Shown here one piece after another: positions 39,837 through 50,157 of a stretch of 64,000 nt of DNA. Numbering within the stretch: position 1 is the stretch's first letter; each line of letters opens with the position of its first letter. The translations under genes and the position numbers were made by a program. The notes under the pieces are model-generated. The model had not been told where the DNA came from, did no database searches, and saw only the letters and a program-made list of their open reading frames with translations. This DNA is from an uncultured bacterium (GTDB taxonomy: Bacteria > Babelota > Babeliae > Babelales > Vermiphilaceae): assembly GCA_963701085.1 (NCBI GenBank), contig OY969561.1:256001-320000 (forward strand). Direction: 5' to 3'.

Positions 39837-40400
39837 TTATTCTGGCTGCGGTAGAGATTTTGTACGTTTTTCTTGTGGTATTACACCGTTTTCATCAAAC
39901 ATATACATCAAAGATGACGGATTCTTTTTAGCTATATTGCCGTACAGTGTTTTATAATAGATGGCATTAATATAGGCAAGAAGTTCCTGTATTTTTATTT
40001 CTAGTTTTTGCCAGAGGCTTTCTTCTTCTGTTGGCGTAATATTTTTTTTGCGAGAGATTTTTTCTTGGCAGTTTTCATAATAGCTGTTCAGCGGTTGCAT
40101 GGTATTAGCGCTCAGTTGCTGAGAAGATGGATGCATTTCTACCTGTGATTCAATATATTCCGCGCACTTTATTAATGCAGTGGTATATTCTCCAGAATTA
40201 AGGAGAGCAAAAAAATTAAGATAGGCGAGCTGTTGCTCTTTGTTTAATGTGTCCAGTACATCTTGCGCCCATGGCTGAGCATTTTTTGTGATGTCTGGGG
40301 CTAATTTTACAAATGGAGCAGGAGTATTTGTTATTGCAATAGCTGGGGCAAAAAGCAGTGCATGAGATACAATAACAAGTGAATTAAAATATTTATTCAT
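39837..40400 (-). CDS. Secreted hypothetical protein (paralog of 40414-41355)
   Basis: Signal peptide; C-terminal YYxTxY..IA..F..P.E..LP motif shared with neighbour. Confidence 0.7.
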   Translation of the reverse strand: MNKYFNSLVIVSHALLFAPAIAITNTPAPFVKLAPDITKNAQPWAQDVLDTLNKEQQLAYLNFFALLNSGEYTTALIKCAEYIESQVEMHPSSQQLSANTMQPLNSYYENCQEKISRKKNITPTEEESLWQKLEIKIQELLAYINAIYYKTLYGNIAKKNPSSLMYMFDENGVIPQEKRTKSLPQPE

Positions 40401-40413
40401 CGCGGACCTTTTT

Positions 40414-41355
40414 TTATTGATGGTGTAATAGTTCTGTTTGAGTGTAAAGCTTTGTTGTTTGTAGCATATGTTCAAAGACATGCTGGGCATCCGGTAGTGC
40501 TGTTTTATATTCATTTGGTAAAATGTCATGCATACCAAACAATGTTGTTGAATAGCGCTTATCAAATGTTGGCGCTGCGATCATGTTGTAGACGGTTATA
40601 TAATAGTGCTTATATATTTCCGCGCCGGTAGCAATAACTTGTGTTGCATGCTCATATGTTTCAGTGAGAGCGTTGTTAATATTTTCAGTTGCGGTGAGCA
40701 GATCATTGTTGTTGCTGATAATAATATTAAGAGCTATAAGGGATTTATGTTGTTCGTTTTCTGCTGAAATTTCAAGCGGGAATGCTCCTTCACTCATTCC
40801 TTTGTAGAGGCCTGCAAGTGCATGAAGATATTGAGCATTTGCAGCAACGTTATCGGAAGTTTTTTTGAGCTGTTGAGCTGTTTCTTCGGTTATGCTATCT
40901 GCCCATGCACTGAGTCGTACTTGCGCATCCAGTTGTATGCTTTCCAGAGCAGCATTAACTGTTGGAGAGCTGTTTTGATTGTAGTGCTGCATACATATAT
41001 TCAGTGTTTCGGTATAAATTAATCGCGCGCCAGTGATGTATGAAAGACGATCGATCAATGTTTTGAGCATAACAAGTTCATCGCTGGTGTTTTTATATTC
41101 AGCAATGTTTTTTCTGATAGATTGATTGAGTTTTGATAGGGGAATGGGAAATTCTTGAACTTTTGATTCAATGAGTGCTATTGCGTAGGAAAGATAGAGA
41201 AAATTTGCAGTGAATTGTAGTTCTTCGGCAGACATAGTACTGAGATATGTTGTTTGCCAGGATTGTAATGTCTTACTGAAGCTGTTTGCACGTGATGAAG
41301 ATGGAGAAAGTAGAGCAAAAATGAGTGATAAAAAAACTATTCTGATGGTTGCCAT
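40414..41355 (-). CDS. Secreted hypothetical protein
   Basis: Start MATIRIV with RBS AAGGGGAG; the longer ORF call overlaps tRNA-Pro. Confidence 0.75.
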   Translation of the reverse strand: MATIRIVFLSLIFALLSPSSSRANSFSKTLQSWQTTYLSTMSAEELQFTANFLYLSYAIALIESKVQEFPIPLSKLNQSIRKNIAEYKNTSDELVMLKTLIDRLSYITGARLIYTETLNICMQHYNQNSSPTVNAALESIQLDAQVRLSAWADSITEETAQQLKKTSDNVAANAQYLHALAGLYKGMSEGAFPLEISAENEQHKSLIALNIIISNNNDLLTATENINNALTETYEHATQVIATGAEIYKHYYITVYNMIAAPTFDKRYSTTLFGMHDILPNEYKTALPDAQHVFEHMLQTTKLYTQTELLHHQ

Positions 41356-41378
41356 GGAAATCTCCCCTTTAAAAAAAA

Positions 41379-41454
41379 TGGTCGGGGTGGCCAGACTCGA
41401 ACTGACAACCCCTCGCTCCCAAAGCGAGTGCGCTACCAATTGCGCCACACCCCG
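41379..41454 (-). tRNA. tRNA-Pro(TGG)
   Basis: CGGGGTG..CACCCCG-ACCA; anticodon arm CTCGC-TTTGGGA-GCGAG. Confidence 0.96.
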
Positions 41455-41552
41455 AATATTTCAAATAATTTAAATATAGAAGTAATGTATATCTTTTTTT
41501 GTTGGTCTGCAAGTTTTACTTTGCGAATACTTTTTTGTAACTTTACGCATCT

Positions 41553-41675
41553 TGTCCTCCTTCGCCAAGGCTTCGGCGGACAGCTTTCGCTTTTTGCAAT
41601 CCAGCTTTTTTAAAATATATAATATAAACCTTTAAAAAAACTGGCCTGCCAGCTGAAGCTTTATGCGAAAGCTGG
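41553..41675. repeat. Two oppositely oriented module C hairpins between tRNA-His and tRNA-Pro
   Basis: TGTCCTCC-TTCGCCAAGGCTTC-GGCGGACA (41553-41582) and, on the minus strand, CCAGCT-TTCGCATAAAGCTTC-AGCTGG-CAGGCC (41643-41675). Confidence 0.85.
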
Positions 41676-41749
41676 GGTGAATGGTGGGGCTCGAACCCAC
41701 GACATCCAGGACCACAACCTGGCGCTCTGCCAACTGAGCTACATCCACC
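41673..41749 (-). tRNA. tRNA-His(GTG)
   Basis: G-1 GGTGGATG..CATTCACC-CCA; anticodon arm CCAGG-TTGTGGT-CCTGG. Confidence 0.96.
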
Positions 41750-41903
41750 ATGTCAAGCTGTTTTTAAGTATACGGTTTTGCAGATAAAAATCAAAAAAAC
41801 CTTTCATATCCATGAGATCCCATTTGTCTAAAATGGAAATATTTGCTATTATATACTAATGATAAATAATATAGAGTAGTTTTTACTAAGTTGGAAAAAA
41901 TAT

Positions 41904-44583
41904 ATGAAAAATAACGTTAAATCCCAATTAATGGCTCATTGGATCCATGTTTTTGGGGCTCGTGAGCATAATTTAAAAAACATTGATGTCAGTATTCCTA
42001 AAAATAAGCTGGTTGTTATCACCGGCCCCTCTGGATCAGGTAAAAGCTCATTGGCGTTGGACATTCTCTTTGCGGAAGGTAAAAGGCGCTATGTAGAGTC
42101 TCTTTCTTCCTACGCACGTCAATTTTTGGGTATTTCCAAAAAGCCTGATGTTGACCGTATTGATGGCCTTTGTCCAGCAATTGCCATTGAACAAAAGACC
42201 GTTGGATCAAATCCTCGTTCCACCGTTGGTACCATTACGGAAGTATATGATTACTTTCGTATTCTTTTTGCGCGTATTGGTAAGGTTTTTTGCCCCAATT
42301 GTCGCTTAGAAATCAGGGCTGAGTCAGCTGAGGCTATTTGTCAGATGATGCATAAAGAATTTAATCATAAAACAATCTCAGTGTTGGCTCCTATTATCCA
42401 TGAGCAAAAGGGTGAATTTGTTCAGGAACTTATTCGTCTTTTTGAAAAGGGATACTATCGCATAAAAATTGATGGTGAGCGTTATAAATTTAGATCGTGC
42501 GATGAGATCAAAAGCTTAAATTTAAAAAAAAGTTATAAGCATTCCATTGATGTTATTATTGATTCCCTTGAAGTTAATAGTGATGATAGTGGGCGATTGC
42601 AAGAAGCTGTTGAAGCAGCGTTTAAGTTGGCCGGAGGCAGTTGCAAGATTACTATCGGTGAGCAAGAATATATTTATTCATCGCATCGTATGTGTATAGC
42701 ATGTTCACAATCAATTCCTGAATTAGAACCGCGCTGTTTTTCTTTTAACTCTCCTATTGGTGCTTGTAAAGGGTGCGAAGGTTTGGGAACTATTAATGAA
42801 TGGCCATGGAATGATGGTGACAAAGATTCATGGAAGGCCGAATATCCCGAATTTTTTGGTAATAAGTACGCAACGGTAAAAACATGTAAAGAATGTAACG
42901 GTAAGCGTTTGAATAAATATGCGTTGGCAGTACTTGTTGGCGGTAAAGATATTTATGAATTGAGTGAGCTTTCCATAAAACAACTTTTGCAGTTTTTTGA
43001 TTACTCTGGTGCTTAATCCGACAGAGTTGGAAATAGCTCAGGGTTTAATTCGGGAAATTAAAAGTAGACTTACCTTTATTAACGATGTTGGATTGTCATA
43101 TCTTACTTTAAATCGTACTGCACGTACGCTTTCCGGTGGAGAAGGGCAGCGTATTAGACTTGCATCGCAAATTGGTTCGGCATTAAGTGGTGTGCTTTAT
43201 ATTCTTGATGAGCCAAGTATTGGTCTGCATCAACGCGATAATGATCGCTTAATTGAAACATTAAAAAGCATTACGTGATCAAGATAATACGGTGGTTGTT
43301 GTTGAGCATGATATTGATACGATTACACAAGCTCGATTATGTCATTGATATGGGCCCTGCGGCAGGAGTGTTAGGAGGCAGAGTAACTGCTGTTGGAACG
43401 CCAACTGAATTGGGCAATAATAGTAATTCGTTAACGGGTGCATATTTAAGTGGAAAAAGATCTATTGTTGTGCCAAAGCAGTTAAGAAAACATCAAGGCA
43501 TGATGGTATTAGAGCATGCTGATAAACATAACTTACAAGATGTTACCTTACACGTGCCGCTTGGTGTGCTGTGTGGTGTATCTGGGGTATCTGGTTCTGG
43601 TAAAAGTACGCTTATTATGGATGAATTAGTTTCTGCGGTAAAACGTGAATTTTCCGGTGGATATAAGAGGGTCTATAAAAATAGTGTTGATAATTCAGTG
43701 AATTTGCAGGGTGCTGAAAGCTTACAAAGTTTGGTTGTTATTGATCAAAGTCCTATTGGCCGTACGCCACGTTCTAACCCCGCAACATATCTTGGTATTT
43801 TTGATGAAATAAGAAAACTTATTTGCAGCACTACCTGAAAGTAATGCGCGTGGATATACGGTAGGGCGTTTTAGTTTTAATGTTGCTGCAGGAAGATGTT
43901 TTGAATGTCGTGGTGATGGTGTTATAAAAGTTGAAATGCATTTCTTGCCGGAAGTTATTATGACGTGTAAAGCATGTGATGGTACGCGTTATAATAGTGA
44001 AACATTATCTATTACTTACAAAGGTAAATCTATTGCTGATGTGCTGAACATGACCGCTTATGAAGCATTATTATTTTTTGAACATCACAAAACAATCGCT
44101 AAACGTTTACAGTTATTATGTGATGTTGGTCTTGATTATCTTGCTCTTGGTCAGCCATCAACAACATTATCGGGTGGTGAAGCGCAACGTATAAAATTGG
44201 TAGATGAGTTAGCAAAGCGTGAACAGCATACGTTATATATCTTGGATGAACCGACAACGGGGTTACATAACAGTGATATTGAAAAATTACTGCAAGTTCT
44301 GAACTGTCTTGTTGATAAAAATAATTCAATGATACTGATTGAACATAATCTTGATGTGCTTAAAACGGTAGATTATCTCATTGATTTAGGTCCTGAAGGT
44401 GGTGATGGTGGTGGGCGTATTATTGCTCAGGGAACACCGGTGCAGGTTGCACAATGTGATGAAAGCTATACGGGACGGTACTTAAAGCCTTATTTTTTCA
44501 AGCCAGGATCAATTGAGAAATCTGATCCTTCGATACATTTTTTGAAGACAAAAAACACTCAGGATGAGCGGAAGAAAAAATAA
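41904..44583 (+). CDS. uvrA: Excinuclease ABC subunit A, split by about 4 single-base insertions
   Basis: [56 protein letters not shown]. Confidence 0.95.
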
Positions 44584-44645
44584 TACCAATCCCCGCTCGC
44601 CCTGAGTGTTCTACGAAGTGTAACGCAGTAGAATGTATCGAAGGG
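44526..44645. repeat. A'-type doublet in outward orientation, first half inside uvrA 3' end
   Basis: TCCTTCGATACAT..CACTCAGGATGAGCGG then CCGCTCGCCCTGAGTG..TGTATCGAAGGG. Confidence 0.88.
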
Positions 44646-44721
44646 TTGGGCGAACATTGAGAAAGTTATTGATTTTGTTACTCTTGAGCATAGAAAAATA
44701 AATAGTTTTATGGAGTGCTTT

Positions 44722-45558
44722 ATGAATTATTCAAAATTATTGTTATTGCCGTTAATTTTTATTTCATCGTGTACATGTGCATATGAAGCACGATTACTCA
44801 ATCAGAAAAACATTAGTCAACAAGCTGTAATTATAGAAGCAAAAGTGACACGTGATAGATATATAGTATATAGTTTAACAGCATTGAGTATTGCTCAACA
44901 AATTTATCCATTGATTGCTTTGTTTAAAAAGGGCGGTGAAAATGCTCAGGCAAATCAAGATGAAAAACTTTCTATGGTGCAATCAATAAAAGCAGCATTT
45001 AATCATCTTTTTTATACAAAAGAGGGTTGGGTTTCAATGGTACAAGCCGGAGTGAGCCTTGGTGGTAGCATTGTTATTTCCAATGTATGTAATAAATTTA
45101 TTCATCCTGATACCTTGCGTTGGTATGTTCATTCATATGCCCCATATACCGTGACGATTGCGATGATAAAAGAACAATTAGTTATGTTACAAGATGAGTC
45201 TTGTGATACGCATCAGGCAACTGATTCTCAACGTTTTTTGCATCTATTGTATGATCGTTTAGTGCGTCAAGGTGAGGCAATGTGCGCATACATGGTGTAC
45301 AAAAATAAACGTCTTGATGATGAAGAAAAAGAGATTGCGCAGCGTGCAGCACGTACATTGTTAATTGTTCAAAATCATTATTTACATGATATTTTTGCAC
45401 AGCTAAATGCTGATGACATTGATTATCAAGGTCTTGATAAAATTTTATGCATGTATGAAGAAGCTATTGATACTCAATTAAATCATTTTTCTATTATAGA
45501 AGGTGAGACTTTGGAAGATCGTCATGTTGTTAGGCAGCGGGTTAAAAGAGCAGCGTAG
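44722..45558 (+). CDS. Secreted/membrane hypothetical protein
   Basis: RBS GGAG; signal peptide; long ORF. Confidence 0.75.
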   Translation: MNYSKLLLLPLIFISSCTCAYEARLLNQKNISQQAVIIEAKVTRDRYIVYSLTALSIAQQIYPLIALFKKGGENAQANQDEKLSMVQSIKAAFNHLFYTKEGWVSMVQAGVSLGGSIVISNVCNKFIHPDTLRWYVHSYAPYTVTIAMIKEQLVMLQDESCDTHQATDSQRFLHLLYDRLVRQGEAMCAYMVYKNKRLDDEEKEIAQRAARTLLIVQNHYLHDIFAQLNADDIDYQGLDKILCMYEEAIDTQLNHFSIIEGETLEDRHVVRQRVKRAA

Positions 45559-45571
45559 ATTGTTTCATTAT

Positions 45572-45637
45572 AATTTAACGGTATACTTGAGATACGTTTA
45601 TAGAAATATAAAACACAACTCAGATATACCGTTTTTT
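45572..45637 (+). repeat. Long hairpin element, copy 1
   Basis: AATTTAACGGTATACTTGAG..TATA-GAAA-TATA..CTCAGATATACCGTTTTTT; 2 differences from 46868-46933. Confidence 0.9.
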
Positions 45638-45655
45638 AATGATGTGGGGTTTTTG

Positions 45656-46333
45656 ATGAATATAATGAAAAATATCATAGTGGTTCTTGTGATGGTGAAT
45701 GTTGTGCCATTGTTTGCAATGGAAATAGAGACATATAAAAAGTCTGAGTTTGCAATGGACGTAGAGTCGCAAAAATTTGATGATTGTTCTTCAGTAAAAA
45801 ACGTATTATTTTTTGCTCAAGCAATGCAAGAACGTGGCGTAATACCCAAAGATGTTGCTGATATTATTGTGTACAAAACTTGTTTATTCAGAAAGGATTC
45901 AATATATAAACAGTTTGATTCATTTTTTCATTTTGATAATGACAATTATGCCAAAATGATATCTGAATATAATGAGAATAAAAATTTATTTATTAATGCA
46001 GCTACTGATCTAGTGATTAAACACTTTGAGGAGATTTTTTTTATAGCTCTCCATCGAAGGTGCCGAAAATTTGATATTCTAGAGCCGCACCATTTGATTT
46101 TTCTTACTAAAAAACAAGATAAAATTTTATCGTCATTAATTGCTCGGCCAGGATGTTTTCATGATTGTAAAGGCACATATTCTTTGCAGATGACGGAAAA
46201 AGAAAATGAGAGTTATTTAATGCTTCCATCTGAATTGAGAGAATTATTAAGTATATATCCTATATTTGTGAATTATAAATCATTTTCTTGGTTGGATGAA
46301 GGTTCTGATTCTAATATGGATGTTATTTTCTAA
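45656..46333 (+). CDS. Secreted hypothetical effector (F-box-like IPKDVADII)
   Basis: Signal ending LFA|ME; C-terminal YLMLPSELRELL. Confidence 0.7.
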   Translation: MNIMKNIIVVLVMVNVVPLFAMEIETYKKSEFAMDVESQKFDDCSSVKNVLFFAQAMQERGVIPKDVADIIVYKTCLFRKDSIYKQFDSFFHFDNDNYAKMISEYNENKNLFINAATDLVIKHFEEIFFIALHRRCRKFDILEPHHLIFLTKKQDKILSSLIARPGCFHDCKGTYSLQMTEKENESYLMLPSELRELLSIYPIFVNYKSFSWLDEGSDSNMDVIF

Positions 46334-46354
46334 AATATATAAAAATTTGTTGTT

Positions 46355-46395
46355 AGACCCCTTACGTAGAGTAAAAAGTATGTGAGGGGTTTTTT
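46355..46395 (+). terminator. Terminator-like hairpin
   Basis: AGACCCCTTACGTA..TATGTGAGGGGTTTTTT. Confidence 0.65.
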
Positions 46396-46463
46396 ATGGT
46401 ATTCATGCAGCTTTTGCTGTATTATGGTACTGGAATAAAATTATATTGTAGAGGAGTTGTTGG

Positions 46464-46835
46464 GTGAATAAGTTAGTTCAAATCAAAAGAATTACAGCGT
46501 TATGGTGTGTGCTTGGTATTTTGCCATTGTGTGCAATGGAAAATAAGAAAAGTAATGTGATAAGTGATGAAGATCTTTTGGCTAAAAAAAGTGCATTTGC
46601 ATTGGAACTTAAAAGGCGGAAATCACAAGAATTTGAATTTTTACATTATCCAAAAGGTTCAAATATTAAAATAGATGTGGAAGTTTTGAATAAAGAATTA
46701 GGGTTATTAGATCTATACAAGGTGATCAGTTTTGGTGATATGTTTCTCATACCTGCAGGAATGGATGAAAAATTTGTTCATAAAACATTGGTTCCTGAAC
46801 GAGTTCCTGATTTTGAAGTAGAGATGGGTCAGTAA
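46464..46835 (+). CDS. Small secreted protein (paralog of 46947-47267)
   Basis: GTG start with RBS GAGGAG; LCA|ME; shared YP..ID..IPxGM motif. Confidence 0.7.
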   Translation: MNKLVQIKRITALWCVLGILPLCAMENKKSNVISDEDLLAKKSAFALELKRRKSQEFEFLHYPKGSNIKIDVEVLNKELGLLDLYKVISFGDMFLIPAGMDEKFVHKTLVPERVPDFEVEMGQ

Positions 46836-46867
46836 ATACAAAAATATTATTGTAATTTTAATTTTAG

Positions 46868-46933
46868 AATTTAACGGTATACTTGAGATACGTTTATAGA
46901 AATATACAACACAACTCAGGTATACCGTTTTTT
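46868..46933 (+). repeat. Long hairpin element, copy 2
   Basis: Direct repeat of 45572-45637. Confidence 0.9.
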
Positions 46934-46946
46934 TTTGAGGAATAAC

Positions 46947-47267
46947 ATGAAAAAAATGATAATAATATTAACGATGATGAGTTTTGTACCATTTTTGTGT
47001 GCGATGGAAAAAGAACAACCTTGTTACACAGAAATAATGCGACCTACGCATGTGGCTCCTCCCGGATGTGAATTGGTATGTTATCCAAACCATGTACATA
47101 TAGATGAAAAAAAATTACCAGAAGGTGCAGAGTATAAGGGTTGTAATATTGTTCAAATTCCTGTAGGAATGAGGGATAGAGAATATATGAGAAAAATTCA
47201 TCCAATAATAGTAGATCCTGAGCGATCAACAGAATTTACTGTTTTTGCTAGTAAGCATTTTGATTAG
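46947..47267 (+). CDS. Small secreted protein
   Basis: RBS GAGG; MKKMIII..LCA|ME. Confidence 0.75.
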   Translation: MKKMIIILTMMSFVPFLCAMEKEQPCYTEIMRPTHVAPPGCELVCYPNHVHIDEKKLPEGAEYKGCNIVQIPVGMRDREYMRKIHPIIVDPERSTEFTVFASKHFD

Positions 47268-47270
47268 GTT

Positions 47271-49877
47271 ATGATTAAGAACCAAGAACATACGCCATTG
47301 ATGCAGCAGTATCATGATATCAAAATTGATTATCCTGATACGCTTCTTTTTTTTCAAGTCGGTGATTTTTACGAACTTTTTTTTGATGATGCAAAGCAAG
47401 CAGCAGCATATCTTGGCATTGCGTTAACAGCGCGTGGCAAAAGTAAAGGTGAACCAATTCCGCTATGTGGTGTGCCAATACATGCCATTGATCATTATTT
47501 ATCAAAACTCGTTAAAGGTGGCTTTAAGGTTGCACTGTGTGATCAGTTAGAAGCGCCGCAGCCTGGCTCGTTGGTAAAGCGTGGTGTAAAGCAAGTATTA
47601 ACACCGGGCACGCTGACGGATAGTAAACTGCTCGATGATCGATCAGCATCCTATCTTTTTTCATTTTATCCTGCGGGTGATTCATGGGGATTGGTTTTTA
47701 GTGAATTGCTAACCGCACAAATTTTTATCACAACAATTCCGGCCGGATCAGAAAAATTATTGGAATCAGAACTTGTTCGCTTTTTTCCTGATGAAATTTT
47801 AATCCCAAGCGCAGTGCGCACGCAGGAATTTCAGACTTATTTTAAGCGTTTGGGATATTTTACTACGGTAGTGCACAGCGAAGAATCATTAAAAGATGAT
47901 GCAACACAATGGTTGCACAAACAGTTTTCCCAATTATCGTGTACACACATTGAATCTGATGATGCGCAGCGAGAAGCGTTGTTTTATTTTTATGCCTACA
48001 TGTCAAAGCACCAACGATCATCACTTGATCAGTTTACAACGCTCTTTTTTTATAAGCCTGATGATTTTCTGATTATGGATGCGGCAACGCAGCGTAATTT
48101 GGAGTTAATTAAAAATGCACATGATGGCACGAATAAAAATACGTTGTTGAGTGTGATGGATAGAGCGAGAACCGCGATGGGTTCCCGTATGATTAAAAAA
48201 TGGTTGCTGCGGCCTCTCATTAAAAAAGAGGCGATAGTGCAGCGCCAAGATGTTATAAAGCTTTGTTATGATGATATAGCATTGGTTAATGTTCTTGAGC
48301 AGTTATTAAGTTCTACTGGTGATGTTGAACGGGTTGTAGGGCGTATAGCATTGCAACGTGCATCGTTATTGGATTACAGTGCATTATCGCGGATGTTGAT
48401 GATTATTCCGCAACTGAAGTGTAGCGTGTTACAGCGCAAAGATGTTGTATTGATGCGTGTGATTGCAGATCATTTGGGTGAATTTAAAGGGTTGTCTGAT
48501 TTGTTACGTGCAGCGTTGTCTGATGAACTATCATCAGAACTGATTATAAAGCCGGGGTTTGATGCGCAACTTGATCAGATGAGAATGCTCGTTAATAACA
48601 GCAATGAGCGCATCCTTGAACTTGAAATTGTTGAGCAAAATGCAACCGGTATTCAATCGTTGAAAATTCGTTACAACGCAATTCAGGGATATTATATAGA
48701 AGTTACGAATGCCAATTTGAGTGCAGTTCCTGAGCGGTATCACCGTTTGCAAACGCTGGTTGGCAGGGAACGTTTTATTACGCCAGAGTTGCAACAGCTA
48801 CAGTACGGCATTGAATCCGCGCGTAAAGATATTGTTAATCATGAACAAGCGTTATTTGATGGTATTAAGAAGGAAGTTGCTTTACACATTTCTGCTTTGC
48901 GTAAATCAGCGCATGCCATTGCGCATATTGATGCGTTATTATCTCTCGCGCGTTTGGCATATGATCATGGGTATGTACGACCAAGTTTGCATGATACCCG
49001 TGATATTATTATTGTAAAAGGGCGCCACCCGGTGGTTGAACAAGCGCTTTCACACAGCTTTATTCCCAATGATACAATGCTCACTGATGAACAATCTTTG
49101 TGGATTATAACGGGTCCTAATATGGGTGGTAAATCTACCTATTTGCGCCAAGTTGCGCTTATTTCTGTTATGGCACACGTTGGTTCATTTGTACCAGCAC
49201 AAAAAGCTGATATTGCGTTGTTGGACCGTATTTTTACGCGTCTTGGCGCAAGTGATAATGTTGCAGAGGGTAAAAGTACCTTTTTGGTGGAGATGGAAGA
49301 AACGGCAATGATATGCACCCAGGCCACCGAAAAAAGTTTGGTTATTTTGGATGAAGTGGGACGTGGTACGAGTACTTTTGATGGGTTAGCTATTGCCCAG
49401 GCGGTTGTTGAGTATATTTTTACCACTATTGGTGCACGATGTTTGTTTGCAACCCATTATCATGAATTAACCTATTTGCAGCAGACATACCCTGGCATTG
49501 CGGTCTATCAGGCGGCAAGTAAAAAAACAGATTACGGGATAGTGTTTTTGTACACAATAATGCGTGGTATTGCTGATGGCAGCTTTGGTATTGAGGTGGC
49601 AAAACTTGCTCAATTGCCTGCCAAGGTTATTGCCCGTTCAACTGCATTGGTTGAATCTTTTGCGCAGGGGGGCATGATGCAGGTTGTTCCAGCGGTTATC
49701 TTGCAAGAAATTCCCTCCCCCTTAGTTGAAATGATGGCTCTAAAAGCGGAGAATAAGAAGCTGATTGCCGAGCGGGATAAGGCCATAAAAATGATGAATC
49801 TCCTCCAGGAGCTCGATTTTGACACGTTGTCACCAAAAAAGGCGTTCGATTTGCTGTGGGAATGTAAAAAAAATTGA
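47271..49877 (+). CDS. mutS: DNA mismatch repair protein MutS
   Basis: TPLMQQY, GDFYELF, ITGPNMGGKSTYLRQ, DEVGRGTST, FATHYHEL. Confidence 0.98.
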   Translation: MIKNQEHTPLMQQYHDIKIDYPDTLLFFQVGDFYELFFDDAKQAAAYLGIALTARGKSKGEPIPLCGVPIHAIDHYLSKLVKGGFKVALCDQLEAPQPGSLVKRGVKQVLTPGTLTDSKLLDDRSASYLFSFYPAGDSWGLVFSELLTAQIFITTIPAGSEKLLESELVRFFPDEILIPSAVRTQEFQTYFKRLGYFTTVVHSEESLKDDATQWLHKQFSQLSCTHIESDDAQREALFYFYAYMSKHQRSSLDQFTTLFFYKPDDFLIMDAATQRNLELIKNAHDGTNKNTLLSVMDRARTAMGSRMIKKWLLRPLIKKEAIVQRQDVIKLCYDDIALVNVLEQLLSSTGDVERVVGRIALQRASLLDYSALSRMLMIIPQLKCSVLQRKDVVLMRVIADHLGEFKGLSDLLRAALSDELSSELIIKPGFDAQLDQMRMLVNNSNERILELEIVEQNATGIQSLKIRYNAIQGYYIEVTNANLSAVPERYHRLQTLVGRERFITPELQQLQYGIESARKDIVNHEQALFDGIKKEVALHISALRKSAHAIAHIDALLSLARLAYDHGYVRPSLHDTRDIIIVKGRHPVVEQALSHSFIPNDTMLTDEQSLWIITGPNMGGKSTYLRQVALISVMAHVGSFVPAQKADIALLDRIFTRLGASDNVAEGKSTFLVEMEETAMICTQATEKSLVILDEVGRGTSTFDGLAIAQAVVEYIFTTIGARCLFATHYHELTYLQQTYPGIAVYQAASKKTDYGIVFLYTIMRGIADGSFGIEVAKLAQLPAKVIARSTALVESFAQGGMMQVVPAVILQEIPSPLVEMMALKAENKKLIAERDKAIKMMNLLQELDFDTLSPKKAFDLLWECKKN

Positions 49878-49901
49878 TTGTTGTTATTCTCTTAATTTTT
49901 A

Positions 49902-50029
49902 TCCCGCGCTCGCCCTGAACTTGTTGAAGGGTATCCTGGAGCGCTCAAAGATATCCTTTATTCCCCAATTTCCACTTCGTTCCAATCGGGGTCCCCATCG
50001 AAAGAATGAAGATGGGGTTAAACGAGCGC
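49902..50029 (+). repeat. Palindromic element A+B
   Basis: Very similar to 1011-1144; inverted copy at 52584-52708. Confidence 0.92.
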
Positions 50030-50157
50030 AAAAGAGACAAAATTTAATAAACGGGGTGTATATTTCGCTGGACGATAGGGGCTTTTTTTGATATAGTGGG
50101 TATAAGAAATTTTTAGTTTCCAGTTCGGAAATATGTCAATTTGTAGGGAAAAATCTG

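Noticed and set aside
41356-41448. N-terminal extension of ORF 40414-41448
   Set aside because: Overlaps tRNA-Pro; the real start is ATG 41355 with an RBS
23879-41749. Prophage or integrative island at the tRNA genes
   Set aside because: No integrase, phage genes or duplicated tRNA 3' ends (att sites) seen
45572-46933. Bona fide integron attC array
   Set aside because: Only two copies, no GTTRRRY right box, no unpaired central spacer and no integrase in the window; kept only as an unexplained hairpin
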